Shown: positions 9,320 to 17,170 of the stretch, in pieces
How positions within the stretch are numbered: the stretch's first letter is position 1
Layout: each line of letters begins with the position of its first letter
Assembly (NCBI GenBank): GCA_031370005.1
Contig: JANMPT010000057.1
Location: 1-25,365, forward strand
Direction of reading: 5' to 3'
DNA: 25,365 nt
Origin: Bdellovibrionales bacterium
GTDB taxonomy: Bacteria; Bdellovibrionota; Bdellovibrionia; Bdellovibrionales; Bdellovibrionaceae
Program-made: the position numbers and the translations under genes
Notes under the pieces: generated by a model
The model's input: the letters and a program-made list of their open reading frames with translations, nothing else
Databases searched by the model: none
What the model was told of the DNA's origin: nothing

Positions 9320-9344
9320 TGGATTAAAAAAAATATCGAATGAG

Positions 9345-9989
9345 TTATTTTTGAGCTACTTCTGGAAATTTCTGAGATGCCAACCACGCAAGAAACTCTT
9401 CGATAACTTTTTCAGAAGAGGTGGGAGCAATCTCGGCGCGGAATTTATCTTTTTTCTGATCTTCTGCAAGAAAACAAGTGAACTCAAATATTTTCTTTGT
9501 GGTGTGTAATACCACAGTAAAATAGCCGGCGACCCAATCGGGAAGCCTGTCCTCAAAGCAAAACCCCCCCTCAGAGATATCCGAAGTCTGAGTTGAAAAG
9601 CAACTAGTGCCTACCATAATTTCTACTGAAACCTTGGCAATAAAACGCGTGTACTTACGCGGAACCGGACCATGGATCTTTGGGTCCTCCAACACAATGC
9701 GAACCTCAGTGATTTCGTGATCATCTTCTTGAGTAATTTGCGGTAAAGCCGGCAAATCTATTTGCTCACTGTCTTTGAATATAAATAAATCGTGGCATTC
9801 ATCGCTGCTGAGGGGCTTCCAAACCAACCAAGTTTTATGGTGGGCCCAGCTCACCTTCATCTCAACATCCGTCATCGAAGCCACTAAAAGCTGACACTCT
9901 CTCAGGCTAAGCCCGGAAAGCGTCCAAGACTTTAATGAATTATGGAGTGCCCATGAGTGCCGGGCAAAAACTGAAAACATAGATCTCAT
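9345..9989 (-). CDS. PilZ-domain protein (c-di-GMP receptor) with N-terminal Trp-rich domain
   Basis: RKYTR (RxxxR) and DISEGG (DxSxxG). Confidence 0.85.
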   Translation of the reverse strand: MRSMFSVFARHSWALHNSLKSWTLSGLSLRECQLLVASMTDVEMKVSWAHHKTWLVWKPLSSDECHDLFIFKDSEQIDLPALPQITQEDDHEITEVRIVLEDPKIHGPVPRKYTRFIAKVSVEIMVGTSCFSTQTSDISEGGFCFEDRLPDWVAGYFTVVLHTTKKIFEFTCFLAEDQKKDKFRAEIAPTSSEKVIEEFLAWLASQKFPEVAQK

Positions 9990-11389
9990 TTGACGCAGGT
10001 TTTGAGCATATAGCCTTCAGGGCTTTTGATTTGCACCCATGTGCCATGTTGGCCAGTGATACTTACATTGGCGCCCTTCTTAGCATAACCAACCTGTTTT
10101 CCTTTTTCAGGTTTGTCGCGCACGACGCAGTCCTTCAACATAGTTTTAGTACTGCTGTCTTTTTCGCCTGTAGAACTTTTAATAGCGGCCACACCCGTGG
10201 TTTTAAGTCCTGCAGTCTCTGCTCTGATTTTTGCGGTTTCTAGCATCATCTTTTCAGTTTCTGTCTCCGCTTTTGCCGTATCGACACGGATAGAATTGTC
10301 ATCCGCCTTTGATTTTGCCTTTTCGAGAGCCGCCTCGATTGCCTCACGTTCTTTCTTTGCCTTATCAGCTTCTGACTTCAAATGAGCTAACTCCGCATCT
10401 GCTTTAGCAGACTGAGTTTCGTATTCAGCGATGGCTTTTTTGGATTTATTCGCCTCGTACGTGGACTCTGCTGCTGCTTTTTGCAGTTCGGTTTTTTTGC
10501 CATCCAGCTCAGCTTTTGATTTAGCGTATATAGCACGGGCTTTTTCTTCGTTAGACTTCGCCTCACTTAATTTCTTTTTCTCAACCTCTAATGTGTCTTT
10601 GATTTTAGAAAGTGTGTCCTGGGATAGCTTTGAATCTTCGCTAAGTTTTTTCGTATTTCCTTCTGCTTGTACTTGTGCTGCCTGCGCTTTTTTGGTCTCA
10701 GCCTCAGCTCGGGATTTTTCAGCATCAAGACGAGCCATCTCAGCCTTTACTCGGGCCTCAGTTGCTTTACTTTGAGCTACGGTTTTTTGTGAGTTCAATT
10801 GAGTTTTTGCCAGCTCTTGCTCAACTTGCTTTAAGCGAAGCTTTGCTTCATCGAGTTCCTTTTGAGCCTTCTGAGCTTCTTCGGTTGCTTTTTGTCCTTC
10901 TTTTTCAATATCTTTCGCCTTGCTCGCGACGTCACCTGAGGATTTCTCGGCAGCTTTTTTCTTTTCAATCGCCTGTTCTTTTAAAATTTTTACCTGAGCC
11001 ACTTTTTCTTGAACTGCTTTGATGCGCGCTTCAAATTGTTGTTGTTGCAATTCTGCTTGCTTCTGCTGTTTTTCACTCTCTGCAATTTCCTGTTTTGAAC
11101 GAGCGACTTCACGCTCTGCTTCGGCCTGCTCTTTTTTTGCTGTCGCCTCAGAAGCACGGGCTTTTTCTAAAGCTGCTTTAGCTTCAGCACGAGCCTTATC
11201 TAATTTTTTTCTTTCTTCCTCAGCTCTTCTCTTGGCTTCAGCAGCGTCAGCTTTTGCGCTCTCCGCATCAGTCGCAGCTTCTTCCGCATCAACTTGCGCC
11301 GAATCAACAGACTTGGCATAAGCTGAAATCGTTCCTGTGGACATAAGTAGCACAATAATTAACAAGAGTGATTTCAATGACGTACACAT
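9986..11389 (-). CDS. Exported long coiled-coil protein with C-terminal SH3b-like domain
   Basis: Signal peptide, ~360 aa of A/E/K heptads, then VRDKP..KQVGYAKKGANVSITGQHGTWVQI...GYM; ATG 11389 with AGGAG RBS; ATGA overlap with the PilZ gene. Confidence 0.82.
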   Translation of the reverse strand: MCTSLKSLLLIIVLLMSTGTISAYAKSVDSAQVDAEEAATDAESAKADAAEAKRRAEEERKKLDKARAEAKAALEKARASEATAKKEQAEAEREVARSKQEIAESEKQQKQAELQQQQFEARIKAVQEKVAQVKILKEQAIEKKKAAEKSSGDVASKAKDIEKEGQKATEEAQKAQKELDEAKLRLKQVEQELAKTQLNSQKTVAQSKATEARVKAEMARLDAEKSRAEAETKKAQAAQVQAEGNTKKLSEDSKLSQDTLSKIKDTLEVEKKKLSEAKSNEEKARAIYAKSKAELDGKKTELQKAAAESTYEANKSKKAIAEYETQSAKADAELAHLKSEADKAKKEREAIEAALEKAKSKADDNSIRVDTAKAETETEKMMLETAKIRAETAGLKTTGVAAIKSSTGEKDSSTKTMLKDCVVRDKPEKGKQVGYAKKGANVSITGQHGTWVQIKSPEGYMLKTCVK

Positions 11390-11644
11390 AATATTCTCCT
11401 TCAAATATGAAACTCTAACACTGGGCGTATCGGCAGAAGCTAGTCTCTAATCAACTGGTCTTAAGACATAAAGTGTCTGTCTTGATGTTGGTCCTGGCAG
11501 TGTATCCCACCCCTTGGCACTAAACTATATTACATTACATTTTATCGATTTTTTTGGCAACTTCGTGGCACAGGTCTAGACCTGAGAAGACATCAGAGTT
11601 TATTTTGCGTACTTGGATCGAAAGCGAATCGCAGTTCTACTTCT

Positions 11645-11710
11645 TCCCATGACCATGTAATCGGGAATGTTCCCTTTGGAGCCGTATATAAAACGCTTGG
11701 CGATGTTCCC
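11645..11710 (-). pseudogene. Short RHS/YD-repeat-like fragment
   Basis: An alternative frame reads GNIAKRFIYGSKGNIPDYMVMG, resembling the RF[VI]YG...N[VI]PDYM segment that precedes the RHS core. Confidence 0.45.
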
Positions 11711-11713
11711 TGA

Positions 11714-11990
11714 TTGTAGCCTTTGCCCTTGCCGGTTGATTTTATCAGTGATGTAAGTGAGCGGCCATCACGAAGCCCTTCGACAATTTTTCGGTCCACG
11801 GTGATTTTCTCCAGATCCTTCTTTTTGAGTTTCCGCATGCGCATTCCTTGCTGTGGTCTAGTTGTTAAATCAACAGCGTATCGCATGGGATCAGATGGAG
11901 AAAATGTGCTGAAAGCGTAAGCAGAATGCCCGATCAAACTAGGTGGGATTTGCTCCCCCAAAAGCCGGTCAAACTACGTGGGACTGGACA
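11714..11990 (-). mobile_element. IS21-family left end with truncated istA-like 5' fragment
   Basis: Starts TGT at 11990; two 19-bp direct repeats (11965-11983, 11930-11948, 17/19 identical); then an RBS and a basic HTH-like ORF start (MRKLKKKDLEKITVDRKIVEGLRDGRSL..GKGKGY, ATG 11838) that breaks after ~41 codons. Confidence 0.7.
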
Positions 11991-12101
11991 ATTTCAATGG
12001 TCTTATGTTTGTTTTTATTCTGCTTACTGATTCAATCAAAAATATATTTTTGTTATATTGTCCTTCAATTGCGGCGGCCCGTGACTCCAAAGTTCAAGTC
12101 C

Positions 12102-12785
12102 TTACAACTGGAAGTTTAAAACAGGCATATATTTTTTGGCAAAAGAATCACTAGTTAAACATATGCCCGAAAGATCAAACGGTTGGTTTTTACTCCAGGC
12201 TTCAAGTTCGCAATTTGCAAAAGTCATTTCAATTATAGATGTTTTGATACTACCTAAAGCTTTAGGTTTAAAATTATCTGGATATAAAGGGGTACAATAA
12301 CCACAATCGGATCTTGCTGATTTTGTAATTAACCCTATTTTACCAAGTTCCATTTCTGTTTTTCCAAGTATGCGCGTCCATTGATTTGGTAATAAATCAT
12401 GCGGTGACTTCCTACTGTCATTAACCGTATACTGCGGCAACTGGTATCTAGATAAATAATTTATTAGCGATAGGTCATCGTAAATACTACACAAGTTGTT
12501 ATCTACCATCTCAAATTCAATCAATACAAATTGTCTTGGTTTCAACAATTTTTTTAAGTCAGAATTTATTTTTCCAGTTATCAATGTATTAGGCGGCACA
12601 AGCTTTAATCTATTTAACATTGCATAATGAGCTTTTTCGGCAACAACTGTTTCAATTTCAGTTCCGGAATAGATAGTTCGTGTACCTATCGGGTTCCAAC
12701 GGCCACCAAAAGCTGATGCTCCGTTACCACTTAAGGCATTCCCTAAGTCAAAATCTACTTTATCTACTACTCTGAATAACTTCAT
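12102..12785 (-). CDS. RES-domain toxin (NAD+-phosphorylase/ADP-ribosyltransferase fold)
   Basis: LFR, SGNGA..GGRWN..G...IYS, VAE, GLITKSAR; R29/E50/S156 intact. Confidence 0.9.
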   Translation of the reverse strand: MKLFRVVDKVDFDLGNALSGNGASAFGGRWNPIGTRTIYSGTEIETVVAEKAHYAMLNRLKLVPPNTLITGKINSDLKKLLKPRQFVLIEFEMVDNNLCSIYDDLSLINYLSRYQLPQYTVNDSRKSPHDLLPNQWTRILGKTEMELGKIGLITKSARSDCGYCTPLYPDNFKPKALGSIKTSIIEMTFANCELEAWSKNQPFDLSGICLTSDSFAKKYMPVLNFQL

Positions 12786-13357
12786 TCGAACATTCGCTTG
12801 AAAACACCTAGTATGGACTGTGACGGGTTAGGAACCTTAGCCGCAAATCCGAAAGCATCATTTCCACCAAAAAAATCATTAGATTCTCTAAGGGCACTTC
12901 TTATCAAATAATTTTTTTCAAGATAAAGTTTCAACAATCTATGAATCGCTATAAAATTTAAAATAGCTTGTTTGGTTTCAGAAGTTGGCATGTTTAATTT
13001 ATTGCTATCCAACAAGGCAAGTATTCGATTTAATGTGGACTGCGATATGCCCATCACAATGGCAGCTTCGTCTCTAGTAAGATTTAGTTCAGTAATTGCT
13101 TTTTTTAAAGCCTTTACAGTCCCCAATGAGAAAGGCAGATTAATTTCCTTTTCTACAGATGAAGCTACTTCATTCTCAGGAAATACAATTTTGTACTCTA
13201 GAGGCGTCGAGTTTAAGAGCGGAAAAAATTTTTTAAATAGATATTGTCTGGAGTTACCATTTTCGACCCTCTTAGTATCTTTCTTTACTTTTACAGCTGA
13301 TTTTTCACTAGGAATTTTACCATAATGAAAACCTTCAAGATTAGGATTCCATCGCAT
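12782..13357 (-). CDS. Xre/MbcA/ParS-type antitoxin with N-terminal extension (191 aa)
   Basis: HTH LNLTRDEAAIVMGISQSTLNR; C-terminal LRESNDFFGG resembles the WL..PN..LGG antitoxin motif; ATGA overlap with RES; ATG 13357 has a GGAGG RBS. Confidence 0.82.
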   Translation of the reverse strand: MRWNPNLEGFHYGKIPSEKSAVKVKKDTKRVENGNSRQYLFKKFFPLLNSTPLEYKIVFPENEVASSVEKEINLPFSLGTVKALKKAITELNLTRDEAAIVMGISQSTLNRILALLDSNKLNMPTSETKQAILNFIAIHRLLKLYLEKNYLIRSALRESNDFFGGNDAFGFAAKVPNPSQSILGVFKRMFE

Positions 13358-13994
13358 TTTGTCCTCCAATCTCTACTTTGTACTCATCTAAAGTAGACTT
13401 TACTTTATTAAATAAATTATTTAGTAGATCAGGTGGCAAAATAATAGCTATTACAGGTTTTAAACCATCATCCCTTCTAACCGCGTTTCTCTGACTTAAG
13501 TTAGCAATCATACTTGGATTTGCCTCAAAAAATTCAATCATGCCTTGGCCTTTTGATAAGGCTGTAGATGCATAGTTTGCTGAGAATGCTCTATACATTT
13601 CATGGCTTACTGGTAACTTTAGAGGGGCTTTCACTTGTCTCTCAGTTAATTTAGAATGCTGTAAATACTCTTGCAGAGCTCTGGAAAAAGGATGCTCCCC
13701 ATCAAGGCTTGGCTGATGAAATATAGTTTCAACAAGAAAAATACTAGCAAGCTCGATTGGTAGCGAAATTTCTACTGCTGCCTTATAGAACTCATTGTCT
13801 TCGAATGCCGAAACTTGCCCAAAAAGAATATTAAGTTCACCAAATTCAACTTTAATATGCGCATCGTTTGCACGGAAAAAATGGTCACTTGCTGGAAGGT
13901 CATTATGAGAAAAAGTAAAAGCCGTCTTCTCTCTATTAAAACTAATTCCAGGAACGCTCGGTGAAACTTCTGTTATTGACCTGCTTTTAGTCAT
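13341..13994 (-). CDS. Hypothetical protein with two tandem DUF3467-like units
   Basis: AAGGA RBS; two copies of LPxS..FxANxA..I.F..I.LP.[ED]L; overlaps the antitoxin start by 17 nt. Confidence 0.7.
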   Translation of the reverse strand: MTKSRSITEVSPSVPGISFNREKTAFTFSHNDLPASDHFFRANDAHIKVEFGELNILFGQVSAFEDNEFYKAAVEISLPIELASIFLVETIFHQPSLDGEHPFSRALQEYLQHSKLTERQVKAPLKLPVSHEMYRAFSANYASTALSKGQGMIEFFEANPSMIANLSQRNAVRRDDGLKPVIAIILPPDLLNNLFNKVKSTLDEYKVEIGGQNAMES

Positions 13995-14049
13995 TTATAT
14001 TCCTTAAGTAGTTAGATTTACTGAAAAATACAATTTCATTATATCATAC

Positions 14050-14078
14050 TTATCGGACAACACAATAGGCATCTTTAG
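14050..14078 (-). promoter_or_regulatory. Sigma28 (FliA)-like promoter of the RES operon
   Basis: Minus strand cTAAA-N16-TCCGATAA, 55 nt upstream of ATG 13994. Confidence 0.65.
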
Positions 14079-14229
14079 GTGATATATATATTTAAAAATA
14101 GTGTGTAATGTCAATTATTTACATATCACAAAAAGGAAACTTATATCAGTTTGAAACAGCAAACGCGAAATAATCTTCTAGTTTTCCCAGCCAGTAGATA
14201 GATTCGCTGTGCGCCATGAGCAAATCTGT

Positions 14230-14244
14230 GCCTCAAAGTGAGGC
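14230..14244. promoter_or_regulatory. Palindromic operator-like site GCCTCA-N3-TGAGGC
   Basis: Perfect 6-3-6 palindrome, a variant of the site at 20225-20239. Confidence 0.45.
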
Positions 14245-14295
14245 GTCTCCAGAGTTGGATTTGCAGAACTAGACCTTCTTTTATCCAGGTTTTAC

Positions 14296-14323
14296 TTAGG
14301 TCTTGCTCGGACCCTGCCGATAA
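14296..14323 (+). promoter_or_regulatory. Sigma28 (FliA)-like promoter of the PilZ gene
   Basis: TTAG-N16-GCCGATAA (perfect -10), 9 nt before ATG 14333. Confidence 0.65.
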
Positions 14324-14332
14324 AATAAGAAC

Positions 14333-14869
14333 ATGAATCACAATCTTGCTCGCTACCATGCTCGCTCCCCGAGATACATTCTGAACACCGAGGATGAGTC
14401 GCTTATTCGAGTTGCTGGACCTCGCCAAGTCCCTTGGGAAGAGGGCACTGAAATCAAAAATGTTTCTCTGACTGGCTTAGTCTTCACAGCCCCCGAAGAC
14501 CTCTGTCCAATTCTTGGTGAAATTATCAAAATTCAATTCCTTGCGCCCGGTGGAAAACAAATGGCCAGCGGTGCTATTGTCACTCGACTGGATCCAGCAA
14601 ATATGGGCAAGGTCCTGGTCGGCCTGCACTTTTACAAGATGGAAATGGGGCACCGAGTCATGCTTGCCCAGGGGCTCGCCCGCAAGCTCAAAGATGTTTC
14701 AGATCGTGAAAAAATACTTCTTCTTCAGGAAGGCACTCGTTTTTCATTTACTGATTCCTTTCCCCAGGTTGTTTTGATGATCAATTACTTCCTTATTTGG
14801 GCAATGATTATGCAGCTCTTGACCCAAGAAAATTGGCTCCAGACCTTCAAATCCTGGCTGAGGCTTTAA
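14333..14869 (+). CDS. PilZ-domain protein with C-terminal membrane anchor
   Basis: RYHARSPR, NVSLTG ([DN]xSxxG), VGLHF; hydrophobic VVLMINYFLIWAMIM tail. Confidence 0.82.
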   Translation: MNHNLARYHARSPRYILNTEDESLIRVAGPRQVPWEEGTEIKNVSLTGLVFTAPEDLCPILGEIIKIQFLAPGGKQMASGAIVTRLDPANMGKVLVGLHFYKMEMGHRVMLAQGLARKLKDVSDREKILLLQEGTRFSFTDSFPQVVLMINYFLIWAMIMQLLTQENWLQTFKSWLRL

Positions 14870-14947
14870 CTTCAATTTCAAAAATCAAAACAAATATTTA
14901 CATCGTCTTTTGTAATTTTTTTTACCTCAAGCTACTTATGCCAAAGA

Positions 14948-14976
14948 TTGACAATAAGCGGACCCGGGTCTATCTG
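14948..14976 (+). promoter_or_regulatory. Sigma70-like promoter of the outer-membrane operon
   Basis: TTGACA-N17-TATCTG; perfect -35, weak -10. Confidence 0.45.
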
Positions 14977-15018
14977 TTGATGGCTTTCAACCGACTCTCT
15001 CCAACAAGAGGACCCGCT

Positions 15019-16392
15019 ATGAAAAGAAGCTCACTGAATTTTAGCTTTTCATTCCTCATCGGCTCACTCTTCTTAACAAATTTGATGATGGGCTGTTCGG
15101 GCTCAAATGGCGTGGTAAATCTTCACAACAACAATCCTGCCCTTGGCCACAACACTGATAAAAATGCCGACAAGAATCCTGACAAGCCAGCTGAAGGCAA
15201 TAAACCAGTGGCTCCCGCTCCATCCCCGACTCCCACTAAAGAAAAGATCGCGCGTATTATCTGCGAATCTCAGCCCAAAGATGCCATGACATTCAATACT
15301 TTGCGCAGTGATGTCGTAAGTAGCTACGTGATGCCAAGCCTGACTTTTTATGTGAATAACCAATCCGTGCTCAGAGTAAAATCTCCGGTTCCGCTACAAA
15401 GCGACGGTGAACAGGCTTTTCTTGTGTTGCGGGCTCAAGAGGATAACTTTACACCTTGGAAGATCTATAAGACCAATGCCGATTTGCTAACCTCCCGCGG
15501 TGACCTGCAGGTGATTTCGAATTACCAAGGGCTCAACCAGAAAGCTGATTATGCATATCAGGCTGTTAAACTCGAAAATCGTCTGCTGACTGCCAACGTA
15601 AAAAGAACGGCCTATGTGTATCCCAACGATACGGGAACCTATATTTGGGAAAGCCTCAAGGGCACTAAATTTGCAGTTCCTTTCACTGCAGACAATGCCT
15701 TCAGTCCAAGCTTCACTGGTGGTGACGATTACCTCCGCTTTGATCAAACTGCAGTTGGCGGCATCACCTTGATTCAAAAGTTTTACAACTTCGACAGTCA
15801 AAAGACGCTCAGCCTTCCGATGCCAGATGACAGTAAAGACTTCCAACTCTTTGGCTATATAAATACAGCAAAGTCCGCCGTCTTCTGGGCCGAGGGACGA
15901 CCTGATGGAGTTTGGAAGCTTCGCTCAATGAGTTTAAACTCCTTAGGAAAGGCCTCCACTTTAGGAATACTCCCTGGCAATGCCCGCAATATAATTCTGC
16001 CAATGGTGATCACGGAATCCCAAGGTGATCTCCTTGTGGCCTATGGCGAAGAGGAACTTGCCCAAGACCAGAGCAATCAGCTTTATCTCAAAACCAGTGT
16101 TCTGCATCTTGTAAAAGCAAGCTCTGAACTTGTAAAACTGACCGATATTAAAACTATCGAGTACCCGGAAGAGATTAAAAATACAGCAAAGACCCAAGCG
16201 ACCTTGCCACAAGGGGTTTTACGAAGTCTTTTCTTTGAACCCATCTCGGGCAAACTCTACGCATCTATTGTTTCACAGGGGGGACTTGCGAGTTTTGATT
16301 TCGAAAAAAACACCTGGGAAACTCATGCCATGGTAGCAAATATATTTGGATGCCTGAATCCCGAATGGGGAATTGAGACAACACATGAATAA
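15019..16392 (+). CDS. Hypothetical lipoprotein, beta-rich (possible propeller), 457 aa
   Basis: ATG 15019 with GAGGA RBS; lipobox MMGC; Pro/Asn linker followed by repeated short beta strands. Confidence 0.75.
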   Translation: MKRSSLNFSFSFLIGSLFLTNLMMGCSGSNGVVNLHNNNPALGHNTDKNADKNPDKPAEGNKPVAPAPSPTPTKEKIARIICESQPKDAMTFNTLRSDVVSSYVMPSLTFYVNNQSVLRVKSPVPLQSDGEQAFLVLRAQEDNFTPWKIYKTNADLLTSRGDLQVISNYQGLNQKADYAYQAVKLENRLLTANVKRTAYVYPNDTGTYIWESLKGTKFAVPFTADNAFSPSFTGGDDYLRFDQTAVGGITLIQKFYNFDSQKTLSLPMPDDSKDFQLFGYINTAKSAVFWAEGRPDGVWKLRSMSLNSLGKASTLGILPGNARNIILPMVITESQGDLLVAYGEEELAQDQSNQLYLKTSVLHLVKASSELVKLTDIKTIEYPEEIKNTAKTQATLPQGVLRSLFFEPISGKLYASIVSQGGLASFDFEKNTWETHAMVANIFGCLNPEWGIETTHE

Positions 16393-17170
16393 ATATCTAG
16401 TTTTTGTATTTTTAATGTCAGCGTCTTTTAATTTCGCGCAAGCTGCCACGACGCCAGCTGAGTCTTCGACCCGAGCTATGGCCGTGAAAGAGAACAAATC
16501 CCTTGATGAAAAATCCTATAAAAAGGCTATTCAAGCCTCGGAGTCGCAACAGGCCAATGTCTCAAGTTTTTTGAAATTACAAGACCCAACACCTGAACTT
16601 CGTGATCGACCTTGGCTTTATACTTTTGCCTTTAAAATCCAAAGCCTTCAGCCGCTTGGAACTGGCACAGTTGGTGATTTAGCCTTCGCACTCGACAGTT
16701 ACGGCACTGGCCTTATGCCCTCTTTAGAATTCGGCTTCTTAATTAACGCCATTGATGGCCAAAAACTCTCTTGGGCTTCAGGTCTTGCAGCTCAAGCTGG
16801 TTATATGGTTCAGAAAACAGATTTGGTAACGCCCACCGGTTATCAATACAAGGACACACGCTTAACCACCACTTTAGTGAGTGCCCTTTGGAACAACCGT
16901 TTTAAGCCAAGCTTTGCGCCAAACCTTAGTTTCTTATTGAATCCAGAAATCGGCTTTGTGAACTACACTCAAACAAACACGGAATCATCCCTCGCTAACT
17001 TTAATCAACAAAATAACTTCTGGGGAGTTGGCCTGGGTGCTGAGTACTTTTTCACTCATAAATGGGCCGTTCTTGCTCAATATAACTATCGAGAGGCCAA
17101 TGCCAAGAATTTAGAAACCTCTGATCTTCAGAAAAATAATTTAGAAATCGGAACACAAGTCGCATGGTAA
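16385..17170 (+). CDS. Outer-membrane beta-barrel protein
   Basis: Signal peptide (AQA), amphipathic strands (WGVGLGAEYFF, WAVLAQYNY), C-terminal aromatic LEIGTQVAW. Confidence 0.78.
   Translation: MNKYLVFVFLMSASFNFAQAATTPAESSTRAMAVKENKSLDEKSYKKAIQASESQQANVSSFLKLQDPTPELRDRPWLYTFAFKIQSLQPLGTGTVGDLAFALDSYGTGLMPSLEFGFLINAIDGQKLSWASGLAAQAGYMVQKTDLVTPTGYQYKDTRLTTTLVSALWNNRFKPSFAPNLSFLLNPEIGFVNYTQTNTESSLANFNQQNNFWGVGLGAEYFFTHKWAVLAQYNYREANAKNLETSDLQKNNLEIGTQVAW

Noticed and set aside
10031..11321. Cluster of plus-strand Ser/Ala/Phe-rich ORFs
   Set aside because: Antisense shadows of the A/E/K coiled-coil gene.
11501..11520. TGTATCCCAC as the IS21 right end
   Set aside because: Lacks the TAGTTTGAyCGG core and has wrong spacing from TGT; no target duplication is evident.
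11593..11961. 122-aa ORF as a real gene
   Set aside because: It begins inside the IS end repeats and joins a transposase stub to unrelated out-of-frame sequence.
14141..14428. 95-aa minus-strand ORF as a fourth island gene
   Set aside because: Overlaps the PilZ gene and its promoter antisense; no RBS or motif.
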